Origin: Camelus dromedarius
Lineage: Eukaryota
Assembly: GCF_036321535.1 (NCBI RefSeq)
Contig: NC_087437.1
Span: 86,740,001 to 86,804,000, forward strand
DNA length: 64,000 bases
Reading direction: 5' to 3'
Positions within the stretch are counted from its first letter, which is position 1, and every line of letters begins with the position of its first letter. The notes under the pieces were generated by a model, which did no database searches, was not told where the DNA came from, and saw nothing but the letters and a program-made list of their open reading frames with translations. The position numbers were made by a program, and so were the translations under genes. Positions 25,301-37,500 of this stretch are shown in pieces.

Positions 25301-28060
25301 TTATTCTGTATATAGTTAATAGAAAAGGATATTTTCTTTAGATTCTTCCAAATATTAATGACCTAAAGCATAACTGCAATCACATTATATCAGCAGCAAC
25401 AGCAAAAACAATGGATGAAATGAAAATAAAATGTAAAAGTGGAAATATCTTGCCCATCTGTAGGAAACATGTAGAAACCTGTAATTAGTTTTTAGTTGTC
25501 GACCAAGTGCCATTTATTAATCTGTGGTTCCAGGATACTAAATTTTAGTGAACCCATGGAGTTACTACCCTTTTACTTGTTACCAAGGAATCACTTAAGT
25601 GTATATGGTACTTGGTTCACTGAGTCATCCGGTTTACTCGATTTCAACAGCAGGAAAAGTATCCAGACAGACGATGAGGCAGAGTGGAAACCTGATGCCC
25701 CACTTGGAGCCAAGGCCAAGCCTAGAGACTGCACTGCCTTCATTGTTAAAGATGAGCTCATGGCACGTCTAGCAGTAAAAGCTGCCAAGGAGGAAGGGGT
25801 CTGGCTTGTCTTGTACCAAACTAAACTTCTGTACTCTGTCGCGGTGTGTAGGTCCGTTTTATTGAAATCAGTTTCAGGTGGAAGTTTCTGAGTTTAGACT
25901 GATGATATAAGCTTTTAAAAAATAGAAATGCTATGTTTATTCTCTGACTAAACCTAATGTCCAGAAAATGGATTCACAGTGTTTTACACTGAAAGCAACT
26001 GATCTTTATAACCAAACATCTGGGAAAGTCTTAAAAAATGTAAAATAATGCTGGATCACATATAGGCAAGGTGAGTGGATGCTTCCCTGTGAATTTAACT
26101 GATTAAAAAAATTTCACCAAAATGATTAAATTAATAAACATATCCTGTACTACCTGTGAGTAAACTTCAGAGTTTTCATGAAGATGATGATTAGGGCAAT
26201 AAAATTCCAGGATAGGAATTTTCTGCAAAGTATGTTTATTTCCTAATTTGCATGAATACTCTGTTTAATGATTCTTCACCCTTTATGATGTTTAGACACT
26301 TGCCTTTTTAACTGTAAGTCAAGGTGTTTAGCCTACTGATATAACTGTTTAATGTAATTATCTTCCTGACAAAGATATTGTTGAATTTAAATCTCTTAAG
26401 ATTGTAGTTTCACAAATGTGTGCCAAATATTGAGTTTAAACTAAAAATAAAAATACATTTCTGCCCTAAGTCACGAAAGTAGAGAACTCAGAAAGGACAA
26501 ACATAAATGAAACTTATTCAGTACAAGAAGGTTCTAACTTTGATTGCTAGAACAATTGCAATTAAAAACTTTTTTTTTTTTTTTTACTGTGGGAGTAGAT
26601 AATAACTTTTTGTCCTAATTAAATAAAATTCTATCTGTTATATTTTCCCATATTTTCAAAAGTAAAAGATATACTTAAACGTACTGATTTCATTGCAGAA
26701 TTGCTTGCACACTTTTTTCAGTTTTATGAATATGTTTAAAAAACATTATCTGAAATTTAGGGCAATCAGTATATAATCCATATGGGATTCTCCCTTCAAA
26801 TTTTAATTGTTGCTTTTGTTTTTGTGCAAAGCTCTCACACACTCTTTTACTTTTTGTCATTTATAAGCACTATTATATTAATAAAAAGCAGTAACAAGAT
26901 TTAGTACTGAGTGATTCTGAGAATTTATGTCTTTTTAGTTTTTTGATGCTTTGCCATACATTTTCAAATATATTTTTGAATGCTTGAAAATCACTAAAAA
27001 TGAAGATTAAAATAATGAAAATGAGTTTATTTTTTCCAATAACTTCATTATTTTTAAGAAGAAAAGGAACATTAAAAACTAAAGGGAGCTTTGTAACATG
27101 AACAGAGGCATTAGGAAAACAAAACTATATAAGACATAAATAATTAACATATGGTTGTTAGAATCTCTGTTGTAGTCTTGCAAATGTCTACACTTTGATC
27201 AGTTATTGAATCTAAAAAACAATTTTACACCTTTAAAATGTGGATTAATTTGTGAGAAAACTCATTGAGGAGTTTAGCACAGATTCAAAACATTTCCTTA
27301 ATCTTCCAATCACAATTTTTTATGTTGATAAGGGGTACAGTATACAGCAATGAGTTACAAGAAATTGGCATTAGATTACATCCTTATGCTCAATTTTATC
27401 AGAAATACACTCTATCCAAGATTTAACCTGAATAATACTCATCATATCTTCACTGAACTGTTCTTATAGCAATAAATAGAACTGTAAAGATATAAATGCC
27501 ACATTGTGATGGATACAATTAATCCTGAAAGTATGTTAGTGCAAATAGAAAGATGATTCTATCAAATAAAGCCTAAGAAAAAAGGAAATGTATTCCTACT
27601 TTTCACTGGCCAAAGAACTTTCAGGAATTTAAATGGTGTAAATAATTATGATAATATTAATAAAATATTTTTGAAACTAGTTACATTGTTAAAACACTTT
27701 GCATACTTGCTACATACCTAGTGCCAGTATTTTACCAATAATGAAGCTATGCTCAGGAAAGTTAAGTTTTGTCAGAAGTCAAAGAATTAGCAAGTAGTGG
27801 ATTTAAAGTCGAGTTTAATTATGATGATTATGAACATGATAATGTTAAAACTGTATGCTTTTTAAACTTTATAAAGTTATCTAATTGCAGTGTTTCACAA
27901 AATAATTGACCAGAGAAACATCTAATAACATCAACTGATGTCGAACTATTCACGGTCAAGGTTACTTTTAAGTCTACATATAACACACTGCAGAATTAGT
28001 AGGTAGTTTTGAAGAGTATTGAGAAGTTTTCAGATTACTTTGTTAAAACTAATAGTTCTT

Positions 28061-28230
28061 GGGGGGAGGGTATAGCTTGAGTGGTAGGGTGCATGCTTTA
28101 GCATGCATGAGGTCCTGGGTTCAATCCCTCGTATCTCCTCTAAAAATAAATAAAGCTAATTACCTCCCCCTCCTACCAAAATAAAAAATAAGTAATGCAA
28201 TAATAAATAAATAAAATGTTAAAAAAAAAA
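28061..28230 (+). mobile_element. tRNA-derived SINE, camelid Vic-1-like
   Basis: 'ggggggagggtatagcttgagtggtag...gaggtcctgggttcaatccc', followed by 'taattacctccccc' and an A-rich tail. TSD: aaaactaatagttctt (28045) / aaccctaatagttgtt (28231). Confidence 0.92.
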
Positions 28231-28833
28231 AACCCTAATAGTTGTTATTTGACTTTCAATGCATCTTAATAGGAGATATGTTCAGCCTTCCCCCTTCCTT
28301 CTTGTCCCCAAATTGAACTTAATCATTGAGCAAACCATACCTTAAATAAAAAATATAATTTTTACAAGATATAAAAATAATGCTGAAAATGTCATCAATT
28401 TTCTCAAAAAATTGAGGAGGATCATTTCAAATATTTGTATTCACTTTTTAAAGACATATTTAGGAAAATTTTAGCATTGTGTTTCAGAAGCCATTGTAAT
28501 TTTCTCTACCCTATTTAACATTATTATAATTCTAGTTGGAGTAGATAATTGTATCAATCTAACTTCTTATGAAATTATAATTTGTTGTTCAAAAATTTGT
28601 CAATAGAATTATTATTGGTTAGATTATATAGATACATATTTGATGTTTCCAGTCTCTGAACGCAAAGATTTTTCTCTGAACCATGAATACAAAAAAAGTC
28701 AGAACTTTCTCTCTTTCTCTCCCAAAATGGATAATCCAGATGTGGTGACTTTCTACTGATAAAATTAGTTCATTATACATTTATACATGACATCAACACT
28801 CCTGATAGCTAATCATATGCCTCTCTTTCCAAC

Positions 28834-29420
28834 TTTTTTTAAAATTGACGTATAGTCAGTTACAATGTGTCAATTTCTGGTTTACAGAACAATGTCTCAG
28901 TCATGTATATACATACATATATTAGTTTTCATACTCTTTTTCAGTAAGATTATTACAAGATATTGAATATAGTTCCCTGTTCTATACAAAAGAAATTTTT
29001 TTAACCTCTTTTTATGTATAGTGGGTAACATTTGCAAATCTCAAACTCCCAAATGTATCCCTTCCCACCCTCTCTCCCCCTGTAACCATAAGATTGTTTA
29101 CTATATCTGTGAGTCTGTTTCTGTTTTGTAGATGAGTTCATTAGTGTCCTCTTTTTTTCTTTTTTTAGATTCCACCTATGAATGATATCATATGGTGTTT
29201 TTCTCTCTCTTTCTGACTTACTTCACTTAGAATGATGATCTCTAGGTCCATCCATGTTGCTGCAAATAGCATTATTTTATTCTTTCTTATGGCTGAGTAG
29301 TATTCCATTCTATAAATATACCACAACTTCTTTATCCAATCATCTATCAATGGACATTTAGGTTGCTTTCATGTCTTGGCTATTGTATATAGTGCTGCTA
29401 TGAACATTGGGGTGCATGTG
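28834..29420 (-). mobile_element. Relatively young 5'-truncated LINE-1 (ORF2 C-terminus and 3'UTR)
   Basis: ORF 29165-29350 reads WIKKLWYIYRMEYYSAIRKNKIMLFAATWMDLEIIILSEVSQ, a near-intact ORF2p C-terminus. The 3'UTR is cetartiodactyl-type. Confidence 0.95.
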
Positions 29421-30129
29421 TACTTACTTATAGCTTTAGATCCACAACTCCTGCAAACCAGAGTTTTTTCTCCCAATCTTAGAGCCAACTATTGAATATT
29501 TTTCCAGCATACCTCTGACTTTGGGTATACTTCAGTCTAGTCATTCCAGGATACTGCAAAGCTGAGAACTAGAACTTGTATTTTAGTGAAAGTATCAAGG
29601 AAATACGGTAGAGACTCTTGGCGACTGGTTATTCACCCCTTCCCTAAGCAATATTCTGACTTTTTAGTAAGCCACTATTTCTACACTGCAACAAGAATAC
29701 ATACATTTAAAATGGTATTTTATAAAGGAAGGGGAGAAAATATAAGATATTTTATGGACTATGCCAGTTGGGGAGCTTGGGAAATATGATACAAAAGTGT
29801 GATACAGAGTGAAGATTAGAGACTTTCTATTCACTAATATGATGTAAGGTGTGTAAATCACCTCCCTTTGTTTGGCTCAGGAGCTGTTACTGAAATTTGA
29901 TGGTTTCAGGGTTTCTTTTAAAACAGTAGTAGTGACTTCTGAAATCCATATTGGATTTCTTCAGGCTGAACAAAAGTTAACTTCAAATATTTCAAAAAAG
30001 ATTTCAAGTGGTATTTGAATTTAGAATTTGTATTGATTTCTTCAACTTATTACTTTAGCTGGTATGTAACTACACAACCTCCATTAGAGAGGCTCTCCTT
30101 GCCTTTGAGATTAAAGGTTAATGTTTGTG

Positions 30130-30570
30130 AACATCAATGGCATGCAGCTATTCATTACCTTATAATCGATTTGTGGGAGGAGAAAAGGGGGCTTAAGTAC
30201 TTTAAATCATATGTGGCATAATTTCCCCTTGGTGGGGAGTGATGAGAAAGGTGCACAGAATGCAAGCTGAATGAGAGGGTTGCTAGCACAAAGACAGATA
30301 CAACCAAACAAATGCTATTATGGAAAAATGGCAATTAAGATTCTCTTAATTAGCCTGTCATTTTGTATTTATCATCATAATGTTTGTTTTACAATGCTTT
30401 ATTAAATCTGGCTTTATGACAAACAGTCTGCTGGCAGTGCAGCCTGCTGTGCAACATATGGCGTTACACCTAATGAATATTAATGCTGTGAAGTATAAAT
30501 GGTCTTCAGGGACAGTGCTGATGGCTGGGAAACTCCTGCATGTGGCATGACTATTTAGAAAGGCTAACTT
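30130..30570. promoter_or_regulatory. Candidate conserved non-coding element / developmental enhancer
   Basis: No recognisable repeat. Dense in homeodomain (TAATTA, TTTATGAC, TTTATTA), MEIS (TGTCA/TGACA) and SOX (ACAAAG, ACAATG) words. Conservation cannot be seen from a single sequence. Confidence 0.4.
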
Positions 30571-33500
30571 ATATGTTTCTCATCATTTTTTTCTCTTCTT
30601 GTGACCTACCCTTTTGCCTATGAAACCTCAAATGTGCATTCAAGAGTTTAAAAATTTGCTTTTTGGTGTAATTTTTGTCTGTTCCCTTAAGTGGCTTTGC
30701 TCTGCTGTTTGTTCCCACCAACTGACTTCTCATGAGGCTTCTCTTCATTTGCATGCTTCCTAGCCAGGTGAAGCTGCTATGCCAAGTAATCCACTTGCAA
30801 CTGGACCAGATGATTTCACTCATCACTGTACAGTGTCACCATACTCTAATGTTTCCAAACTCACTATCAGGTCAACTTTTAAAAAAATTGCACTGTATAT
30901 ACTCTGCTGGTTGTAACCCATTTCTCCCACACTGCCCACCAGTTGCAATTTCCAATAATTTCTACAGAAACTATTCAAAGAAATGAGAAAGAACCAAAAC
31001 TAGAAATTTTATAGTAAGAAGAATATGTTGCTCCACATCATTTTTTCAAAATGTGCCTTGGTTTTCAGTTTGTGTCATTACAAACCATACCCAACTCAGA
31101 GTACAGCAAAACAATTCCAAAAAATGCTATTGTGTGTGTGTGTTTTTTTTTCTGAGCAGTATACAAGGTTTTGGATAGGAAACTGAAATGAAGTCAATCA
31201 TACCTCATAAAATTTTAGAGAGGGGTTATCAAAAAATCAACCATGAAATTATATGATTATATTTGGGGGATATTTCTACAAACATTTGAAAATGCATAAG
31301 CTGAAAATAAATGATTGCAGATGGGATTGTGTATGTCACTGTCCAAATAAATCTCCTTGTGTATGTAATGTTGCATTAAAAAGTGCTCTACTGTACATCA
31401 TGTAAAGTAATTAGATGCAAATGAATAGTAGGATATCGTTCAATAGTCTGCCAGTATTCTGAAAATTTCTGCTCTCATCCTTAAGACAGTCATGGGCATA
31501 CCTTCATTCACTACTTAATGTGTTTCAGATACATTGGAAGTGGAGAGGGAAAGGGGTAGATTGCAAAACTCAATTTTAGGAATCATCTCTCAGCCCCAAA
31601 TAATATAGAAATAGATTTCATCTAATGATGAATAACGATGCTTTTACTGTTTGTTGGTCATTTACTGTTTATGTAGTATTTTAATGTACTAATTTAATTT
31701 TAACCATCATGCTAAGTACATTTTCAAAAGCATTTCAAAGTGCAGAGGCTTTTATTTCTGATGCGGCCACTATAGCATTGTCTCACGTCTAGACCACTGA
31801 ACTGTGCTTCCAGGGGGCTTTCTTATGAAGGGCACACTGGAAGTTTCACAATGTGTCTGTTTCCTTCTAGTTGAGGAGAGGATAGGTTGTTTCAGATTGG
31901 ATGTTCATCTGAAAGTTGCTATTTCTATCATAACAACCCTACATACATTTATTCCATGAACTTGTGTAGATTGCCTAATATTGATAGATAGTGCACAGAG
32001 ACAGACACCCCCAAGGTCACGAAGCAGAGGGAGAGAAGCCACTCTTGAACTAATACATAAGAAAACACAGATATTAGACTCAGTGTATGGAGTAATGCCT
32101 TCTTAACAAATCAAGCCATATCCTGCAAAGAGCAGTACGAGGCTAATTGGATGAAAGCGGTGCCTACGGTCGATAAAGCCAGAACAGCAGCAGCAGTGTC
32201 AACAGAATTTAGAACATGCAAGGACAAAAACAAAGGCAGTTCTCTCAGCCAGACGTGGATGATTTCTTTTTCTTTCCAACTGGATTCTTTGTACAGCACT
32301 ATGTATAAGCTCATATGTACAGAACAATTGCACAATGCTATATATTAAGAAGCTCTTTTTATAGAAGCTGTAAAATTGAATCAGAATCTACTGTCTCATT
32401 TATTAATCTACTAAATGGTTTACATGAAATTTATAGTCAAATGTCTACTCTCCTCATTTTTTTATTTATTTAATTTTTTTTACTGTTGTCATTTTAGAGT
32501 GTGAATTTAGTTATTTCAAGTAAACTTACATTTGTTGTTTTCATTTTTCTCTTTTTAAATACACAGTCAAGAGTCCCTTGTGATGCTGTCATGAGTGGCA
32601 TTCTGATACTTGAATTGATAAAACTAGAGAAATGTCACCTCTCACTGAATTGTATTAAAGAGATATTTTCTAGGTATTTTAATTATAGTATTTTCAGTAC
32701 TTGTTCCATTCAGTCAAACACTGAGTTACCATCTCAGGCTGAGGCCAGTCTTGGGAGCGTAAGACAGAGATAGTTCCTTCAGAAACTGCATGTGATAAAG
32801 AAGTTACCATGAGGCAGCACATAACTAAAGGCTGAGTAGAGAAGCAGAGTCTGCACATTCAGAAGAGGTGGGGAGGGTGGAAAGTGCTGGAGCTTTAAGA
32901 AACAGGAAAGTCTCAAAAGATGACCTCAGGGCTATCAAAAGAGCATGTGTTTAGTGCTCAATGTGTTCAAGGTGTATATGTAGTCCAGCTTTTGTGGTTG
33001 ATGGAAGTTTCTCAATCTTTTCCAGAAGGAGAAGCCCTGCTTTTATAGCTTTGTTTGTGCTTTAAAAAAAAAAAGGAAAAAACCCCTATTTTAAAAATAT
33101 TTTCTGCACAGCATCCCGGAGAGGAATAGCTACATCATCTTTTCTGGGTAAATCTGCTAATGCCATGTTAGAATAAATAACAAAATAAAGTAATTTCCCT
33201 GATGCTTCTTTTAGGAACCACTACTCTGTCATCTCTTTAGTAACAGAATAGCTAGCAAATAGTAGTACATTACTGCTTAAATTTTGAATGACAGTATTTT
33301 CTTTTTCACTTTTGATTTCATTTGGTGACAGTATTTTGTGTTTAATGGTAGTAAGTTCAAATCATGTCTAAATAATAAAACTGCATTGTAAAATTATTGG
33401 GTAATTATATTTTGAAAATCTCTTACAAATGATTATATGTAACTACAAAATATTTAATGGGTGGAAATGAAAGGGTGCAAGAAAAAAAGAGGAAGTTAAG

Positions 33501-33984
33501 TAACTGCCAGTTGTTAAAACCAGAGTTCTATTTATTATACTGCAGGCTTCTTACATTACTTAGCAAATTGAACAGCCAACGGCATGAACCCAAGGATAAT
33601 GCAAACACCAATAAGAGTTGCATCCTCAGTAAGCAGTAAATCCTTTGTTTATGCAGCTGCTAGAACGGACCACTTTGGGACTGAAGGGATGAATTCCAAT
33701 CAAGACAATCTGTTCTAAACTCTGGGGGGAGAAAAAAACAACTCATCAATACTTCTTCCTAAAAGGGGAAATTAACAATACAAGAAGGATAGGTGCAAAA
33801 ATCTCAGAAGATCAATGTCTTGCACTCTAAAAGTATTCCCTATTTCCCAAAATTTGACTGCCCATCCAAATTTTCTCAAATATAAATAAAATGATGTGAA
33901 GACAGTTTTGTTTTGCCATCTTGTGCTTTGTGCTCCAAATGAGCTAATTATACACAGTAATGTTTGACAATAAACATTTCTCAG

Positions 33985-34480
33985 GACACTTTTGTTTTGA
34001 ACTAAAGGAAACCCAGCCTGAACAAACTTAGGCCAAAAGGGAAATACATTTATTCACAGAAACGTACCACCAAAAGTCACACGAGCAGCTGGCTTTGTGG
34101 ACAACTGTAAACAAGAAAAAAGACAATTTCCGGACTCGCCATCTCACAATGTCAAGTTTAGTCCTTTGTGCAGATGCAGTTCATCCACACTGTGGATGTC
34201 ATGTCTAACAGCTGCTTCTCGGCCGTAGTCCTCTCCTCACCAGTCGAGAAGAATTAGCTCTTCTTCTTAAGTTCCAATTTCAAGCTTTCTGGAGAAGACA
34301 TCTGAGTAGCACATCTTTGAGTACGTATGCAACTCCTTCTAATTAATGATGGTCAGGGTGGAACTTGTAAGAGCTGAGCTCTTACTCAGACCACAAGATT
34401 GAAGTAGTGATGGGGATGGGGGAGAGGAGAGGAACAGTTGTCCAAAATAATGTAGGACAGAGTAATAGATTCCACCACCA
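33985..34480 (-). mobile_element. Highly decayed MaLR (MLT1-like) LTR
   Basis: 'gaaacccagcctgaacaaacttaggccaaaaggg...atttattcacag' resembles the start of old MLT1 LTRs read antisense. Confidence 0.4.
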
Positions 34481-34739
34481 TGTGTAAATTTGAGTCTATT
34501 ACAAAACTTTTCTCACTTTGTACATTTACTTATGTTGATAATCCTCATGATTTTAAAGAAATGTATATTTTTCTGTGTAATTTTTGTTTACAATCATGGA
34601 AGAAAAATACTCACATGATATGTGAAGAAGAAAGCCTGTATCACAGACACACATTTTGAAAACATCATTGGGCATATTTTTTTAAGTGGGCAAAATAATG
34701 TCTCTTCACCTGGAAATAATTTACCTTTCAAATAGATAA

Positions 34740-34940
34740 AGCTTTTATATACTGAGCATTGCTATGTGTGGCTAGGCAATGTTTCAATAGCTTTAGATGT
34801 ATTAAATCATTTATTTTTATAAGGATGAAAAATGACATTGATCCATTTGCAAGTGAGAAAATTTAGACTTAAGGTTTTATAACTTTGCCAATGTGATTCA
34901 GTTAATACACACTAGAATCAGAATTTTTAACTCAGTTTCT
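34740..34940 (-). mobile_element. MIR remnant
   Basis: 'actgagcattgctatgtg...gctttagatgtattaaatcattta...ccatttgcaagtgagaaaattt...taactttgccaatgt'. Confidence 0.65.
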
Positions 34941-35804
34941 CTAAATCTCTATCAATTATTCATATACTGTATGATATATAGTCATGAAATTACAATATCT
35001 TTTGTGTGCCTGTAAAATCTATGAGCAGAATACTATTAAAAATTTACATACTTTATTAAAAAAATGAACTACAAAATGTGAACTGGGATTATATCAAGTA
35101 TGATAGACCTGAAAACAGTTGCTAAATAGGTAAATTTTCCTTGATATGTTATGTTTCAGATTCATCATTTTACAATATCTCACTAAAAAAAAAAAAAAAC
35201 ATTTCAAGACCTTAAAAAAATACTGGAGTAAAGAAGTCAACAAATCAATACCTCACTTTATCTTAATTAAGTCTCAGCAGTTAGTTCTTTTTAAAAATCC
35301 TGTAACATGATTCCAGGTCCATTCATTTAGAAATTGTAAAATTAATTACATTTTACTCTTTCCTCCACCATGAGAGTCTACACTATTCTGACTTTCAGGC
35401 TTCCTTTCTAATGTCACCAGTTTGTTTTCTATGTTGGTTCCCCTTCTTTCTCTAGAACTTTATTCTACATTGTCTCTGCTTCGAAGATGATGGAGTTTTG
35501 TGAGTCTCAAATCTGTATGTCCCAATATGGCTTTAATCTTAAATAGAACCAACTACTAACTGGTCATTTTCTCCCCTGAAAAATTAATCTTCTTTTCCAC
35601 CAAGTTTCTAATTCTTGTTTATATACTGCAGTGGGTTTTGAGTAAGAGATGACTTTTTGAAATTGCTTTTTAGCTATAACTTGAAGGGTAAGGATTTGTT
35701 TGTTTTTGCTTATTTTTGCTTTCTTTATTCTTCCAGAGAATACACAACGATCTCCCACAATCACTCACTTTATGACTTGCTCAGCACTTAAAATAGTCAG
35801 AAAG

Positions 35805-37500
35805 GCATTGAACAAGTATTTATCAAAGGCCAACAATGTGCCACATACAATTTAAAAGACTGGGAAATGGCAATGAACATGACAAACAAGGAACTTATAT
35901 TTTAGAGAAGAGGGACATAGAATAAATAATAAAAGAATGTAATTATAAATGAATAATGAATTAATAATGAAGAACCGCAAAATATTACAACAGGAGCTAC
36001 TTAATTTTGATGCTCAGAGAAATTCTTTAAGATATAATACACTCTAAATGATGAGAAGGATGCAGCCACAGACACACACATAAAAATCAGATGAAAAGAT
36101 CCAAAAAAAAAAAAAAGAATACTACAAGTTTCACATGTAGGGTGATTCACCAATTATCTCTAAATTGATACCAGATAAGCTTGGATAAGCAAATAGGGCA
36201 TAGATTATGTAGGACTTAGTAAGTCAGGCAAGGACTTTAAGTCAGGGAACAACATGTTCTGATTTATCCTTGCATTTTGGCTGCTAAATGTACTGTGATA
36301 CTGGGGCAGTTGTGTAGAGGGAAGAGTAGAGAGAAAGAAGACAATTAGAAGGCTATTGCAGTTGATCGGGAAAGAGATGATGGTGGCTTGTACCAGAGTG
36401 ATATTACGGGTTAGCTAGCCTGTCTCTTTTGTGCAGTTTTAAAAGGGGGATCCTTTCAGTGCTAATTTGCCAATTAGACAGATTATTTGTACCAAACAAA
36501 AAAAAATCCCTTCTGCCAAAAAGACATAACCCAGCCCAAGACAGCAAGTAGAGCATGGGCTAAATTTTCACACAGACCTACCTGTTGGCTAGATGCCCTT
36601 GTCCACTGAACAGTCCACATAACCACACTCTATGGACATGGTGGTAATAGCTAAAGTGTTGTGAAGTGAACGGATTCAGAATATATTTTGAAAATAGAAT
36701 GAAGGAGTTGCAGCTGATTGATTATAAGATTGAGGAAAAGCTATGAATCAGAAATAATATCTAAATTTCTGACTTGAGGAACTCAGTAGCTGGTTACTAA
36801 AATTGAAAACAAAGTCAACAGGAGCATGTTTAGGGGTAAAAAGGAAATAGTTATGTTTTAGCAAAATTGTACAAATGTCTGTTTGAAATCCAAGTGGAAA
36901 CATCGTATAGTAGTGAAGAAAAACTAATTTGATCTTTTGGAGAGATGGTTCATTTAATGATAGTATATGAAGTCACAGGATTTGATGAGATCACATAGGA
37001 TAGTGACAAAAGTCTAGGTGGAGAAAACAGGAAGTTCAGGACCAGGTCCTGGAACATGTCAACATTTGAGATTGAACAGTGGAGAGATGGAGAAGGCTAT
37101 CAAAGGAGACAGTGGTGAGGTGAGAGGAATACCAGGGATTCAAAGGAAGAAAAGTGTTTCAAAGAGATGTCTATGGTTTTGACAACATGTAGGTCATTCA
37201 CAACCTTGTAAGGAATAGACCTAGTGGAGTGGTGGGTCTGGGAGCTCCACTGGAGTGGTGTGAAGGAAAAATGTAGGTAAGAAAGTGACAATATTATCTA
37301 CCAAAGACTTGTTCAATACATTTTGCCATGAGGGGAGCAGAGAGATGGGAATGTATCGAGGGTATGATGGGATAGGGGTGGGATGTGGAGGTCAAATTTT
37401 TATATTTGTTTTTAGAAAGGCAAATGGAAATGATTCATAGTCATTGAAAAATATATGTAGGAAATGGAGGGAAAATTATTAGTAGTGAAGCCCTTGAAAG
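35805..37500 (-). mobile_element. L2 LINE remnant (~1.7 kb) with a small internal insertion
   Basis: 'aacaagtatttatc...aatgtgcca', 'ttagaaggctattgcag...gagatgatggtggcttg', 'gattcagaatatattttgaa', 'gaaatccaagtggaaa', 'gatgagatcac'. Confidence 0.8.

Noticed and set aside
37360..37382. G-quadruplex-compatible motif GGGtatgatGGGataGGGGtGGG
   Set aside because: It is a single motif in a decayed L2 purine-rich strand with no promoter context, as expected by chance.
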